DNA of 64,000 nt from Bugula neritina (GCA_964035545.1 OZ037766.1:20448767-20512766); one strand, 5' to 3'. Shown: positions 26,145 to 39,523, numbered from the stretch's first letter. Numbers and translations: made by a program. Notes: generated from the letters alone by a model not told the origin.

Positions 26145-29100
26145 TGGAATAATCGTTAGAAAAAACCTAAAACGAACACAGTATAACATTTAAATTTTTT
26201 TGCCAAACACTCATAAACCTGAACATCAAAAACTTTTGTTGTGAAAATATTCACTAATATCTGTATGAATTCATTATTAACTGTTTGACCAAAACTTGCC
26301 AAATACATTGGGGTTTAAACAAGAAATTGAAAATCAAAATTAAAACAATCAAGTAGCTGTAATGCTATTAGCAATAAACATTTATAGTTCAATAATTTAC
26401 ATAGTGATGATGCAATTCATATTATTAGTAATCCTTTTTAACTCAAGTTTTTCTCATCAACACTTACTTTTAGATCACTGTAAAAAACTGTCTCCATCAA
26501 ACCTCAAATTTCCAACTTGCAAGCCACCATGCTAACCATTAAACTATGACTATAGAGTATAGGCAATAGGGGCTCCGAATTATGATGGAATTTTAGTCAA
26601 AAGCCACAAACACAATAAATTAAAAAAAATAGTTAGCTACACCTCCAGTTACTTATTACTGTTAGATAATAAGTTAGACATACTCATTATCATCATGATT
26701 GTAATTAACAGTATGAGTATGAGCATCAGCCGAAGTATAAATATCACATTCACTATCAATATCAATTATTTATAGTGAATGTGACACTCAATCTCATCCC
26801 AGTACTAATAGCTAAACTTACACTTATACTTATAGTGGTAGTTAGCACAGTCACCCACTACTCTCATAAAGTGATGGACATAGTAAATGCAATAGTCTTA
26901 GCATGATAACAATTAACTCACATAGTGACGCATTATCATTATGATTATCACGGTCACTATTAGTATCAGAATTAAAGTTAAAGTAACACTAACTCTATCT
27001 GCCAAGCTATACTTTGTGAGTTTAAATTCCAATTCATTATTTTGTATTCACTTTCACTTAAATTAAATCCTTTAGTTTTACTGAACGTGAATACAGAATG
27101 AATAACTCTCATTTTAAGACTAAGAGGTACGTGCAGTAATGGAAAAATTGAGAAACGCCTGTGTTCTAAATTAGAAATGTAGCATAAGAAGCCATGTTCT
27201 TGTGAGAATTTCAGCCCGTGCCCTAAACTAAAAATAATTAATAGAATTAATTAAGGATATCTCAATTCCTCTACTACTGCTCCTAAATGAAGACTAATTC
27301 TGGACGTTACTGTGTAACTCACTTAAACTTAAAGTGTTAATAAGAATAACAAAATATATCTATTACAGTATGAGCATTATAGTTACTACTATAATAATAC
27401 TATCAGTATTAGACTTAGTTTAGTATTACTAAATTAGTATTACATTTACTATTAGTAATAGTAATAATAGTACTAAGCCTAATAGTAATACTAATAGTAG
27501 GCCTAATACTAATACTAATAGTAATAGTTATACTTATACCTGGTATACTTATAGTTATACTAATACTATAAGTTATAGTACTATAAAAATATTTATGTAT
27601 AATAATTAATTTTTACTTAATCAGTATTAATATGAGTGTCTTAATCTTTAAGTTTTACAATTACTTTATGATTATCTTAAAGATTTATCACAATCCCAGT
27701 CACTCACAGTCACTATGATGGTGATAATCATAATCATAATGATAATCATAACGGTAACCCTAACCGTATGTAATGCAAAGGGGTTTAACTTTAAGTTTAT
27801 GTTACCAGATATACTTATCCTGATATTTATATTAACTTATACTTATACTTATGGCTTAATCTTATAGTTATGCTTAGAGACAGACAAAAAACAAAAGAGT
27901 AAAATTTAAATTGAAATGCAACTATAATTGCAAGGGAATAATTATAAAGAAACTTTGGAACAGCTATGATATTCAATTAGAATTCTTCAACAGCTATAAG
28001 AGCCCGTGGCTCATATTCATGTTGATACTAATACTATTAGCTTAGTATTGCTTTCCTAATAGTAATACTAATAGTTATTTCATTTAATTTAATGATTTAT
28101 ATTTAAGTTTATGTTTCATTGCAATTGCATTTGCTTTTTTTTTCTTGATAGTTGGGGTTGTTGTCATAGCCGAGATCAAAGGTCTTTAATCTAATAATCA
28201 ATCAGTTTCCGTAATTGCACAGTCTCACAAACTACAATTACTTCTTAGTATTTTAAATTGAATGTTAAAACAAAAAATAATTTGATGTTCTTTTTTATTG
28301 CTGCAACAATAAATTAATGCTAGTTAAAACAGCGTGTATTCTTATTAACGGTAAACGAATTATTCGAATAATTTTTAATCGGGTGAAATAACTCCATGTG
28401 TCAAAAGCTCACGCATTTCAGAAGTTGTGTGTAGTTGGTTTCAAGATCCATGTAAACTTTTTTAATAAGATGTTGAGGCTAAATCTCAGCAACACCACTG
28501 GTGACGAATCTAAGAGTTAGTTTTATGTCACACTAAAGGTCAAAATATATCATATTTGATGGTATGTATATAGGGGAGGGATGTAGTCCATGTTTTGCCA
28601 AACAACTTTTACCTCAACAATTGTGACTTTTAAGATAAGCTTATATCTGTAACACTTGTTTCAGCCTTTTAATAATTTATAGTGCATAAATTAACTTTAT
28701 GAATTAATTAAAGAAATGGGATTAGAAAGAAAATTGCAGGGTTGTAGCAGAGTTCAGCATGTACTAAACATGCACCACCTGTATCACCACAGCATAGTTA
28801 AGGCTCAATATTACTTATGTTTATACAACTAGTATTTTCCCCTTCACATCTCAAAAACAACTATTATACATGACTGTAATCTGTCTGCAACTCACTGCAG
28901 ACTGTGAGTTACTGCTGTGATATACTTTTTCTGATGCCTTGTACGAGAGTGCTTTCTGAGACTTCCTTAGAATATTTTAGTTGTTGTTCATACAATGTAG
29001 TTACAAAAGCCGAGTGTCATGGACACAGCGCAGAATGTGCCAATTTCTTACTCTCAAAGTATTTACTGAATTTTTTTTTCCTATCTATAGTGATAATTTA

Positions 29101-29866
29101 TGTATATGTAACTACGCATTGGTAACGGGTTTTTAATTATCTTTACCAACTGATATGCACCAAATTTTGTTTTAAAACTATAAAATGTAAAGTATATGTG
29201 TGTGTGCAATAAAAGAACAATTTGAAGCTACCACAAAATAGAATTTATTCTATTGTTTTCCATTCAAGTTATTCAAAGTTTATTTGTCAACAATAAAAAT
29301 AGTAAGTTTTATTCTGTAGATGGACAGACAATGCTTTGTCAAAATGATTACATACAAGCATTCATAGTACTCGTTACCATTATAAGAATTCTTTTTAATA
29401 TTTATGGAAATATTTTTTCAATGCTGTTGCATAAGGCAATAAAATATTATGATCGTTTTACTTAGTTCAATATCATTTATGGTATTAACATATATTTTTC
29501 TTGCACCGCAAAACAGAAAAAAATTAAATTTAAAATATTATAATGAGCAAATAGAAATGATATTCTTCAAAATATTTCAATCATATAAATATACATTTAA
29601 AGTAATAAATATAGTATACTATCAATTATGCTTATGAAAAAATTGAGCAAAACACAGAAAATCACAGTCAACATGTAAAATAAAAATATCGTAAAAATGG
29701 CAAACATTCAACAGCCACAACATGTACAAGGTCGCAAAGGGGTGATTTATATGAATGGCACCCACAATGACAGATACTGTCTTATATTCTGTGGAGAAAT
29801 TGCATTTTAACCATTGAAGCTCACAGGTCATAAATATTTCTAGACTAGATGATATACAATCTGAGC

Positions 29867-32800
29867 CTATATCACCGCCATTGCTCTTCTAACCCGCTCA
29901 AGAACTCGAGTCAGATTCTGTTTATACAGTTTGTCATTATACATCTCAATGACATCCACGCATTTACTCAAGGTCTTCTTGATGCCCGGTGAAGCACCAT
30001 CTGGTGGCCAAGAGCAGAATCGTAAGAGAAGAGCAATGATAGGTTTCTCTAACGATTCAGCTAGTTTGAGATCGTTTTGACAATTGTCACTTTGAATATA
30101 CTTGGGAGTGATGCAGCAGATGACAAGTGATGCAGCTTTCATGTTTCTAAGAATGATACTTTGCAGGTTGTGTTGTGAATCATGTGACGTACTGCTATGA
30201 CTAGTAGATGACCTTGTACTCAGACTACTCCTACCTCTCATATGAGCCCCTGTATCAGCCCAGCACTCAATACCATTATTCTGAAACATGATCTTCATGT
30301 CCTCCACCTTCAAGTATAAATCAATTAAAATAATACTAATAGATTGGATGTATATATTATTGCTAAACTGGGCCCAGTAACTGTTGCTGGTATGATGGAA
30401 CTGAGAAAAATTGTGAGCTAGACAGATAAAATTGTAAGAATCACAACTGTATTTTAAACAAATGCTGTTATTGTTTGGATCAAATAAAAATAGAATATTA
30501 AACTTCTTCTTGGCTAGATCGAACAAAACTCATTGAGATGAAACACCATGTCATTGAGGTAGTGACTTTAGACTTTTGAGTCACCACCACAAAAGGACAT
30601 CATTTCTTATCTCAATGAGTTTGGAGCCTACTTTGTTCCCCATGACCTCATCACCAATATCTAAATATCAGCTAAAATTAGTAAAAACATATTTCAAGCC
30701 CCTTATTTCCTGTTTAATCTTAAGTTAGAGTCCATAATTGTTTGATCAAATTTTATTGCTGAGTTGATAACGTATTCATATTCATTTCCATGCTTTTTGA
30801 ATTTGTGAAATTAAATTATCATTTTTTATTTAAGTCTTTTTCTACTTTTTGCAGTTTTCACTTGTAACATAGTTATTTAGTAAGATCTCCCGTTATATCT
30901 TCATGGACCATTGTAACATATGGCAAAAATGTAGCAGCAAGGAAGTGCTTTTAGTGACTATTTTTAAACATAAAGTGAAATATCTATCTGACCAAGATAA
31001 ACGATTGAAAGAAAACAATGCAAAAATAAGTATCTGTGTAATGTCACTAATGAAATCACTGCCAAAGGAGGGGTGTTACTGAGAGAGGAGCTGCTAAGAG
31101 AGCAGCACCTAAGGGAGGTGCTACTGAGGAAGCAGCTACTGAGGGAGGAGCTACTGAGGGAGGGGCCACCTAGGGAGGAGCTGCTACTGAGGGAGGAGCT
31201 AGTGGGAGAGGAGCTATCAAGGGAAATGCTTTAGATAGAGGAGCTATTGAGGAAGAGGCATAGCCAAGCTTTATATGACAAGTCAATTCTAAAAAAAGTG
31301 ACAGAAGTAGGAAAATATACTAATAATTGTAATTATTCAATCAATGTGAAATGAGCTATTGTACAAATTGTGCAAATCATTATCTAACCTTAGAATGCAT
31401 GTCCCATTGAAAGCTAATAAAGATGTGTGGGCTAGCTTCACCTCTGCTATGGTGGAGTGCGACTAAATCTAAAACACAACTGATAAAAGTAAACAGTCAA
31501 ATGTGATGATGTGCTAAAATAAAATGCTCGTGACAAAAGTATAACTGAAATGATGATTCTTCACATGTAATGGTGTTTATAGTTGTTTTTTACTTTAAAT
31601 TGATAAACAGTTTACAAGATGCTGTGCTGCAAAGAGAATTTAAATCAAAAGCCAATTTATAAAGTTAGTGATGCATTTAATGAAATGTTCCTAATAAAAC
31701 ATGATAGTGAACAACATATAGGAAAATTACAGAGGAAGGAGTGCCAATTTGAAGAAATGTATTACAGAAATACTTAGACTAGCTTAACTGGGCTTATACT
31801 AATTAGCAAAGGAAGCAATTCTACTACATTCTAGCAAAAGTAAATTTAAAACATTAGGTTTTAAATTAGTAATGCTTTTAACACAGAGACTTGATTTTCT
31901 AGACTATTTTCCAAAATGAGTCACATGGGAAGAGCTATATCTGCTGGTAAAAACAGCATAGATATCCCGTTTGTCTGAGGTGTCAGACAAGGAGGGGGGT
32001 ATATAGCTCACTTTGGAAAATAGTCATGTGGAAGGTAATAACATATGTTTCATCTAGGCCAGATATAAATGATATACATTATTGTGTTGGAGTGATGATA
32101 AGCCAATGAAACATAATTCTGGAAAGATAACTCTAAACAACACAAATGGAGATGCAAAAATTAATCATCTACAGCTGAGACCACATACTGGCTACCAAAA
32201 CAATAAAGAAGTGGGCATATAAAATTACTACATAATATAAAATTATAAGCAAAAACATTAGAACAGTGAAGTAAACATATTATACACTAATAAGAAACAA
32301 AAGTTGATATCATACTTGATTCTAAGATGATGGGTAAACAACTCTAAAATGGCAGTAAAACAACAGGAAATATTAGTCACAACACCTCAGGCTAGAGAAA
32401 TTTTCGATCATAATTTAATTTCTATTATGTTTATATTACATGTAATCAAGGCAGTTAACTACATTTCATGTTTTGAAAGTTGGAATGTATACAATAATAG
32501 AAGCAAGTATATTACAAGAAATCACTCAATGTAGTAACATACATATCCTTAAAAAAATTTGTGAACTAAAACATCACTGTTGGCAAAGCCATTATAATGA
32601 TAATATTATACTCTATTAACAACGTATTACAACTAAATCAGTTGGCTATGCCTATGACATGCACCCACTAGAGCAAGATATATTGTTAAACTGTGAAGTT
32701 TGCACACATATTTAAAAATTAGGATTATTTTAAGAAGCGAACCAATGAGATTTTTATAGGCATAATTTTGAGCATCAGTATGTGTTGGATAGAAATATTC

Positions 32801-34715
32801 CTGTTATCATGAATATAATTTATTCACCTAAAGTACTACTTGAAAAACCTACCGGTATTGGCTGAGGCAATTTGAGCCAACGGCTTCAACCCTTCAGACA
32901 TTTTGTTTAGAAAAGATTGTTCTAGAACAACACCAGGTAAAGTTCGCACAGGTTTGAGATGGTGTTCCAGCACATCCATACCGTCTGAATACAACTTCCT
33001 TTCAAAATCCACTGCTAGACACTCACCTATAACAATGAGTTTGTTTGAAAACGGCATTTAGCAAATAATATTCAATAAATTTCAAAGGAGGATCAATAAA
33101 TGAGATTAGTCACTTCTACACCAAAGACAGTATTTTAAAGAACCTGTCAACCCAAGTAATAGCAAGGACAGTGGAGGCTAAACAATACCTATGACTGACT
33201 TCATAGAGGGTCTCAAGTTGCCCCAATCATTCTTGAAACAAGCAACAAGTATTTTCTTGCCAAGCCAATCGGCAAAAAGCATTTCATGATAGACAAAAGG
33301 AGAGTTGGTAGCGTGTTCAGTGAGCACTAGCAGGATGTGGGTACATGTTGCCATGAAGGGGCCGTTCAGGTGTAGAAACTCCTCTTTAGACTGGCCTAGT
33401 TTCTGATGATGTATCACCTACAATATAGTCCCATTAACTTAATAATATTATACTACTAGTATTACATTACATAAATTATAATGTTGCAGATAAACATTAA
33501 ATTCATACATAATTTAAATGTCATGGTATTGTTGAAGGGAGTTCTAATAGAAGGTGTCAGCATTTTAAAGTCATACTCAAGTTTGATCAATGGCTACAGA
33601 TCAATAAATCAATAGCATTTTAAAGTTGTTATTGATAATTAGACACAGCTATTTATTCACAGCACTTGAATTCTCATGAACCATTTCAGTTGGTTTGAAC
33701 AAGATGTTTGTATGGATTGAATATGCACAGGATGCTGTGAATATACAATATGAGTGTTGCATCTCTAATAAAGGTCAAACTTTACAAGTCTGTTTTGCTA
33801 AACTTATTCAACTAAATAGCAATGTTTAAAAAAATCTATGGTTTCTAACAGCCCAGGAAATCTACACTTCAAAACAGCTGATGCCTACAACTGACAGTAT
33901 ACGTCTAGTTTTTCCCTCCTTTACTGGGTAAAAATCAAGATGTCTGAAATAATTGTGTGTTTACTTTGAATGACGATATTATGTACTCTACCTGAAAACC
34001 CTTCTTGCCAAGGTCAGTTTTGAATGTCTGAGCCAACCTAACATCTGCTGGATCATATATTAAATAGAGAGTGCCAGGTTTAGCTCTAACAGATCTAGCT
34101 CTAAGATGCCAGCTATCAGCCAACTTCTGCTCCTTCTCCAGGTAGACTAGAATGTGCTGCATGATTTTCTTCCTCACTATTCTACTATCTATACCTACCA
34201 ACATTGAAAGCATGAACATACAATTCCTAGTTCAGGAGAGCTCTAAATCTTAGACAACACAAGATTTACTTCTTTAAAGGGTTATAAGCAATACAAATGT
34301 TTTACTATAATAATTCAATATTCCAAAACTACATGTATAGGAATTTTAAGTAATATATATGTATGTTTGAGGAACACCTCTTTGAAAGCGACATTCAATT
34401 TGATTTTCAAATATATAGATATATAGATATATAGATATATATATATATATATATATAATTATATTAGAAGAAATAAAATGAGATTTGATTAATATAATGG
34501 CATTTATTACTAGTAGTTTCGTACACAAGAACGATGTGCACTCGTCAGATAAATTAGCCACTATGATTGAAGGTAAAAGCAATCATAGTGGCTAATTTAT
34601 CTGACGAGTGCACATCGTTCTTGTGTACGAAACTACTATATATAATTATATATATATATATATATATATATTTGTATATATATATATATCTCAATCTGTG
34701 AACAGCAGCTGTCAT

Positions 34716-34746
<31 letters not shown>

Positions 34747-37700
34747 GGTGTAATTTATGCCTATGGGAATGTTTCTTTATTTTATACAAACCTAACATGT
34801 GTACTTTAAACAAGCGAAACGAACTCTTATCAACCTGCCGACACTCAAAAAAATTCTTACTGTGCAACCACAAAACCTAGAAACTCTGTAGCCTATTTAT
34901 ATTTTAAGTACTATAGTAAATAATATACAAATACCCATAGAGAATAGTCACCCAACAAAAACTTCATGCATCTGCTATAAATTATGTTTTTACATTACAT
35001 TATGGTTTTTATATATTAATTTACACCTACAAACCTATATAACAATACAGCCACTGCTACGTTTTCGTTACGTTTTACCTTGTGTTTAGCATTTTGATTT
35101 TCTTAATGTAAAAATTTAAATTTGTCAATATTGTGCCTGAGGAGTGCCGAAGAGGCATGAAACTATTAGTAGTACAATAAAACAACATCTATATAATTAA
35201 ATTGCTCTTTTCCTCAATAATATATATATATATATATATTTTTTTTTTAAATTTAATCTTTAAAAATATATAAACATCAAGCTAATGCACATCAACACCA
35301 AAAATATTAAATAATATAATATATATATAGAATATGATTAAGCCATGGTAAAGATGTTCAATCAAGTCAGCATACTATAATAAAAACATCAGACCAGCAA
35401 GTAGAGATGAGTGGAAACTGTAACTAAAGATATTTATTCTATAACTATGAAGTCTGGTCAAGAAATCTGTAACTTTTTCAACGGGTACATAACACCACAA
35501 ACCATGACACTACTGATGTAGTTCACATATAATATACATTCAGGAATACTTAAATGATTTGCTGAAAATGAATAAAAATGCTGAACTGTCCCAGACAGGT
35601 TTAAGTCACGGTTTACTGTGCAGCAATTTCCTTTGAATCTTATTCATGTAGGTAATTCTTTTCAGTAGACTTGGGAACAACACTATGTCCAACAGCGAGA
35701 CAACAAGATTTCATTGAGTGAAACAAGTCGACTTTTGGGTTTAACTGACAAAGCTTTACAGTGATTGAAGTATTTGAACACAAGTCAATGAATAATTGTT
35801 TTAGAATAAAAAATGTGTTTAGCCTTGAAATGAAAGACTTTAGGCAGACTATGCTGCATGTTAGCACCAGCATGCACAAAAAGCAAAACAAATTACACAA
35901 AGTTCAATTACTCACAACTTGAAATTTTATATTTAATCTAGATAATAGAGCTAAAAATGTTAACTGTGTGGGCAGAAAAAACTGTTATCAATGTCACACA
36001 AATTTGCCTACTTATTGCCTCAAATATACCAATAAACTATTATTATTCTATAAAGTATATTAATTATTTAATTAATGGTTATTTGGCAATTGAGAGCATT
36101 AGCAGATTTGCTCTGATTGATTACCCAAATAAATTAAATGACTTAATCTAAGTCCTCAAAACAAATTTCAATAATTGGTCAAAAACTATAGCTAAATATT
36201 TTAGATAGTTCTTCAGGGAAGCACTAGCTTAAAGTTTGATAAACTAAATTTTAACTGCTTCAGAAGTACTCCATTTTCATTGAAATGAACATTCTGATTT
36301 TCATCTGAATTAAGGAATAACTTTTAGTATTTTCACACTTCAATTGTTTATATATCAGCTTGATGTAACTGCTATTCACTTTGCCTGAGCACTACATCCT
36401 GAAATCCAACAAAATGAGTGACTTAAGTCTTAAGTCACAGTGCCTTTGAACATTTAGCTGGTAACTTGATAAAAAGTTGCCACCTCCTACAACTCACAAT
36501 AGTCAACAAAACATTACTTCCTTATATTGCAGACTTTTGCTAAAAAGTTAATACTCACAGCATGACTTTTTAGATGTGGCCTCCATATCATAGTTTTAAA
36601 ATTTCGTATTTAAAAAGAAAATAAATTTTGTCACCCAGATATTTTAATTTTACTATTTAATTATCTGGAATGCAAACATTTAAATTTTGGTACCAAAGCT
36701 TATATTTTCCAGTTTTTTGTCTGAGATATGTAAATGCTCATCACACTCTCCCTGTGTTGATTATTGTATATTGTTGTAATGTCAGACTAACTACAATTTC
36801 TCAGTCTTTGAATTAATAAACATGTACACCATCTTTCATTCTGTCAGCAATAAAAAACTGTGAATTCCATCGGTGAAAATTTGTCACCTTAGAATTACTC
36901 ACCTAAATGATTCACCATATCATCATCAGTCATGGACATGAGTAAAAATCCATCTACCATTCTTTCAGCCAGGCTCTGTCTGTAAAACTCCTTCACACCA
37001 AGACCGTGCAACCACTCTTGTAGGTTTGATACTGTCCACTGACATATTTTCTAAATGAAAAAGTCAGCTTAAACTCAGCTTTATTTTTCAACTACTAAAT
37101 GCCTACATCTAAAAAGTGAACTGTTAACACTAGAATAGAAGACAAAACAATAGCTGAGTTGATGAAATGACATTTAGCATATACCACTGCTCAGCACCAC
37201 TCCAATCACTATAAACCAGAATGCATTACAAGATAGTTTTTACCTTTTCTTTGTATTCACCATTAAACTGTGGTTCAACATCATCAATGGTGCTGGGAGG
37301 TGTGTTGATGACAGCAAACTTTTCCAAATTCTCCATTACACTACTGAGGACTACAGAGGTCTTCTCAGCAACGCTTAGCTTTCGAAGAGCAGGCAAAGTT
37401 AAATCTACAGTATCTTGTAACAGTTTCTGATGATAGTGCGCTGGAATCTCAGTTTTTACTAGTTCTGAATACAAAATACTAAACACAGTAACTGATTGTT
37501 GATCAATTTCCTGTCTGATATACAAAGTACGTGCTTCATACACGGACACTGGACATGTGAAGTATGTATCCGACAGCACTAATATAGCTGCTTGACATTT
37601 CTCTGCTGCTTCCATTCTTTGACTAAACCAGATTGGACTGTCCATGCAGCTTTCATCCTTATCAAACCAAATGTCATCAGCCATGTTGTTCTCTTTTAAC

Positions 37701-37972
37701 TGTCGCACCAAGTCACTGACAAAAGCTCTTTCTTTAAAACCAGCATCGGGAGAGTAGGATATAAAAATACCTTTTCTAATCTTTTTCAATGGTTTACTGG
37801 GCTTTTCAATCATTTGAATTGCCTGTTCAGGAGGAACTTCAATACCCTTTGTCGTAGAGCTAAACTTGATGCTTGATTTTGAAGATTTATTTTTGTCATG
37901 AGCACGATTTACACCAAAACTGTTTGCTATGTTCACCGTAATAACTCCGTTAGCTTCCGGAATGCTTTCCAT
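29867..37972 (-). CDS. TIR-SAM-TIR-TIR protein, 667 aa; exons 37972-37244, 37050-36903, 34194-33992, 33417-33189, 33026-32853, 31468-31389, 30307-29867
   Basis: TIR1: [34 protein letters not shown]: [16 protein letters not shown]...[32 protein letters not shown]2: [27 protein letters not shown]3: [38 protein letters not shown]. The exons sum to 2004 nt, in frame, with GT-AG junctions. Confidence 0.88.
31065..31260. repeat. G-rich minisatellite of about 17 bp (tgagggaggagctac-like), about 11 degenerate copies
   Basis: Repeated gagggaggagctact / agggaggtgctact units in the last intron of the TIR gene. Confidence 0.8.
34457..34638 (-). mobile_element. Penelope-like element pseudo-LTR remnant with inverted duplication, embedded in (TA)n
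   Basis: Perfect 59-bp inverted repeat (34511-34569 / 34580-34638) containing a hammerhead core; AT-rich tail; flanked by (TA)n on both sides. Confidence 0.75.
34498..34560 (-). ncRNA. Type I minimal hammerhead ribozyme
   Basis: Minus strand reads uggcua-auuuau CUGACGA gugcaca(ucguucu)uguguac GAAA cu-acu-ag UA^ auaaau-gcca. Stems I, II and a short stem III all pair; cleavage triplet is GUA. Confidence 0.85.
34746..35220 (+). mobile_element. 3' fragment of a second Penelope-like retroelement (GIY-YIG endonuclease C-terminus, 3' UTR and hammerhead), inserted in (TA)n
   Basis: 34746-34880 encodes [39 protein letters not shown], a CxLC..E..LNxRxE..CRH tail typical of PLE endonucleases. It is followed by a hammerhead and AATAAA, and bounded by (TA)n. 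Confidence 0.8.
35129..35179 (+). ncRNA. Type I minimal hammerhead ribozyme
   Basis: uauugugc CUGAGGA gugcc(gaaga)ggcau GAAA cu-auu-ag UA^ guacaaua: 8-bp stem I, 5-bp stem II, 3-bp stem III, cleavage after GUA (35171). Confidence 0.9.
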
Positions 37973-39523
37973 CTTTTAATTTGAAAATATCACTTTTTAT
38001 CCATAAATCTCTTTTCCTAATAAAATAGAATTACAAATCACACGTGTGCTAAATAGTCAAACAGCGCCTAAATGAGAATATATTCTTGGCAGAGCGTTAT
38101 AATTCAACCACAGAAAAGTTAAAAACTCCTGTACAACTATAGTCAGAATAATATAAGAGCAGTGAAAAAACTTTCAACCTAATTCAAGTTTTAATTCCTA
38201 TTCAAATGAAATCCCCCATCATGTGAAAAGTTGCATTCTACAAATTAGAACACTCTGGCAACACCTAACAGCACAAAATTTATGAACGCCTTCTGGGTTA
38301 TTTGCGCTTAAATTTATATGTTGAAATAAATCAATTACATTAACTAGGTTTTGATTTTAACTGAAATTTATAGGATTTTAATACATAGCTGAGCTGAGTT
38401 TGTGTTATTGAGGAAGCATCCTCAAATATTTAATACTTCAAGAAAAATAACTGTTGTGAAAGGTATGTGGAGATGTAGAAATACATAATATAGCAACATT
38501 GAAACTACCACAGCAATAATATTACATTTTAAAAAATAATTATCCTAAAATAATAGCTAGTAGCAGTAGTAGTAGAGATGACTACTAAAACTAAAAGCAA
38601 ATGCTAGTTTTAAATACCTATAAATAATAAAAGATTTATTATCATTATTATTAATATTATTATTATCTTTAGGGTATTAATTATGATTACCCTTAACTAT
38701 TAGTATTATGTTAATAATAAGTAATGAAATTATTTATATTATATTTATTATCCACATTAACAAATTATTAATGTAAATAAACTATTCATACTGAATCTTA
38801 CAGAGATGCTCACAGTCACTCTCAGTCTCATGCTGATGCATGATACTCATACTCACACTGAATGATATTCACTATGACTATTGTCGTACTCATGGTCATT
38901 GCCCATTGGCATTAGTCACATGAGACTTACTCTTAGTGATTAGACTTAGCCTTAGGCGTCATTATTATATTTAATTTTACAGCTTTTACTGATTACTCAA
39001 ACTCTAAGCAAAAGTTAAAGACAAATCAAATCACAATGACGAATGCCAAACTCAAAGTCATTAGAGTTAGACTTAGTCCAACTCAATCACAATGACATTG
39101 ACTGCTTGACAAACTCAAAGTCAAAGGAAGGCCAAAACGTATTAATACCCTATAACAGCAGAACTAGTAAAGTTGCCAATTAAAGTACATAAGCTAAAAG
39201 TAAAATATAAGTTGTATTCTTTGCAGTTTTAATCCCAATGGCAATAAATAAGACGACAACCAATGAACCATGCGGGCCATGCTCTCTTTTGCCTACACTT
39301 ATTATAGAAGGCTACTAGTATAACATTCATTCAGCGTTAATTTACACTGTCGCCAATTGCAACCAAACGTCACATCCGTAATTGAATGCCTCGATATAAA
39401 AGCATTAAAAATAAAATTTTGGTGTGCATTAAATAGTATAAATAAAAATTTATTTTATCTTTTATTTAACTTTTTTCATTTTTTTACAAAAGTTGATTTT
39501 TGCTGAAAGCTCGAACTATTGCT

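Noticed and set aside
30555-30575. tgaggtagt let-7-like seed
   Set aside because: Only 9 nt match and no precursor hairpin is evident.
34880-35128. SECIS element in the Penelope-like 3' UTR (some Naiad elements encode selenoproteins)
   Set aside because: No AUGA...GA quartet stem found by eye, and no in-frame UGA in the surviving coding fragment.
29867-37972. Calling the TIR/SAM gene SARM1 or MyD88
   Set aside because: No ARM repeats or death domain, a single SAM, and three TIRs in a different order.
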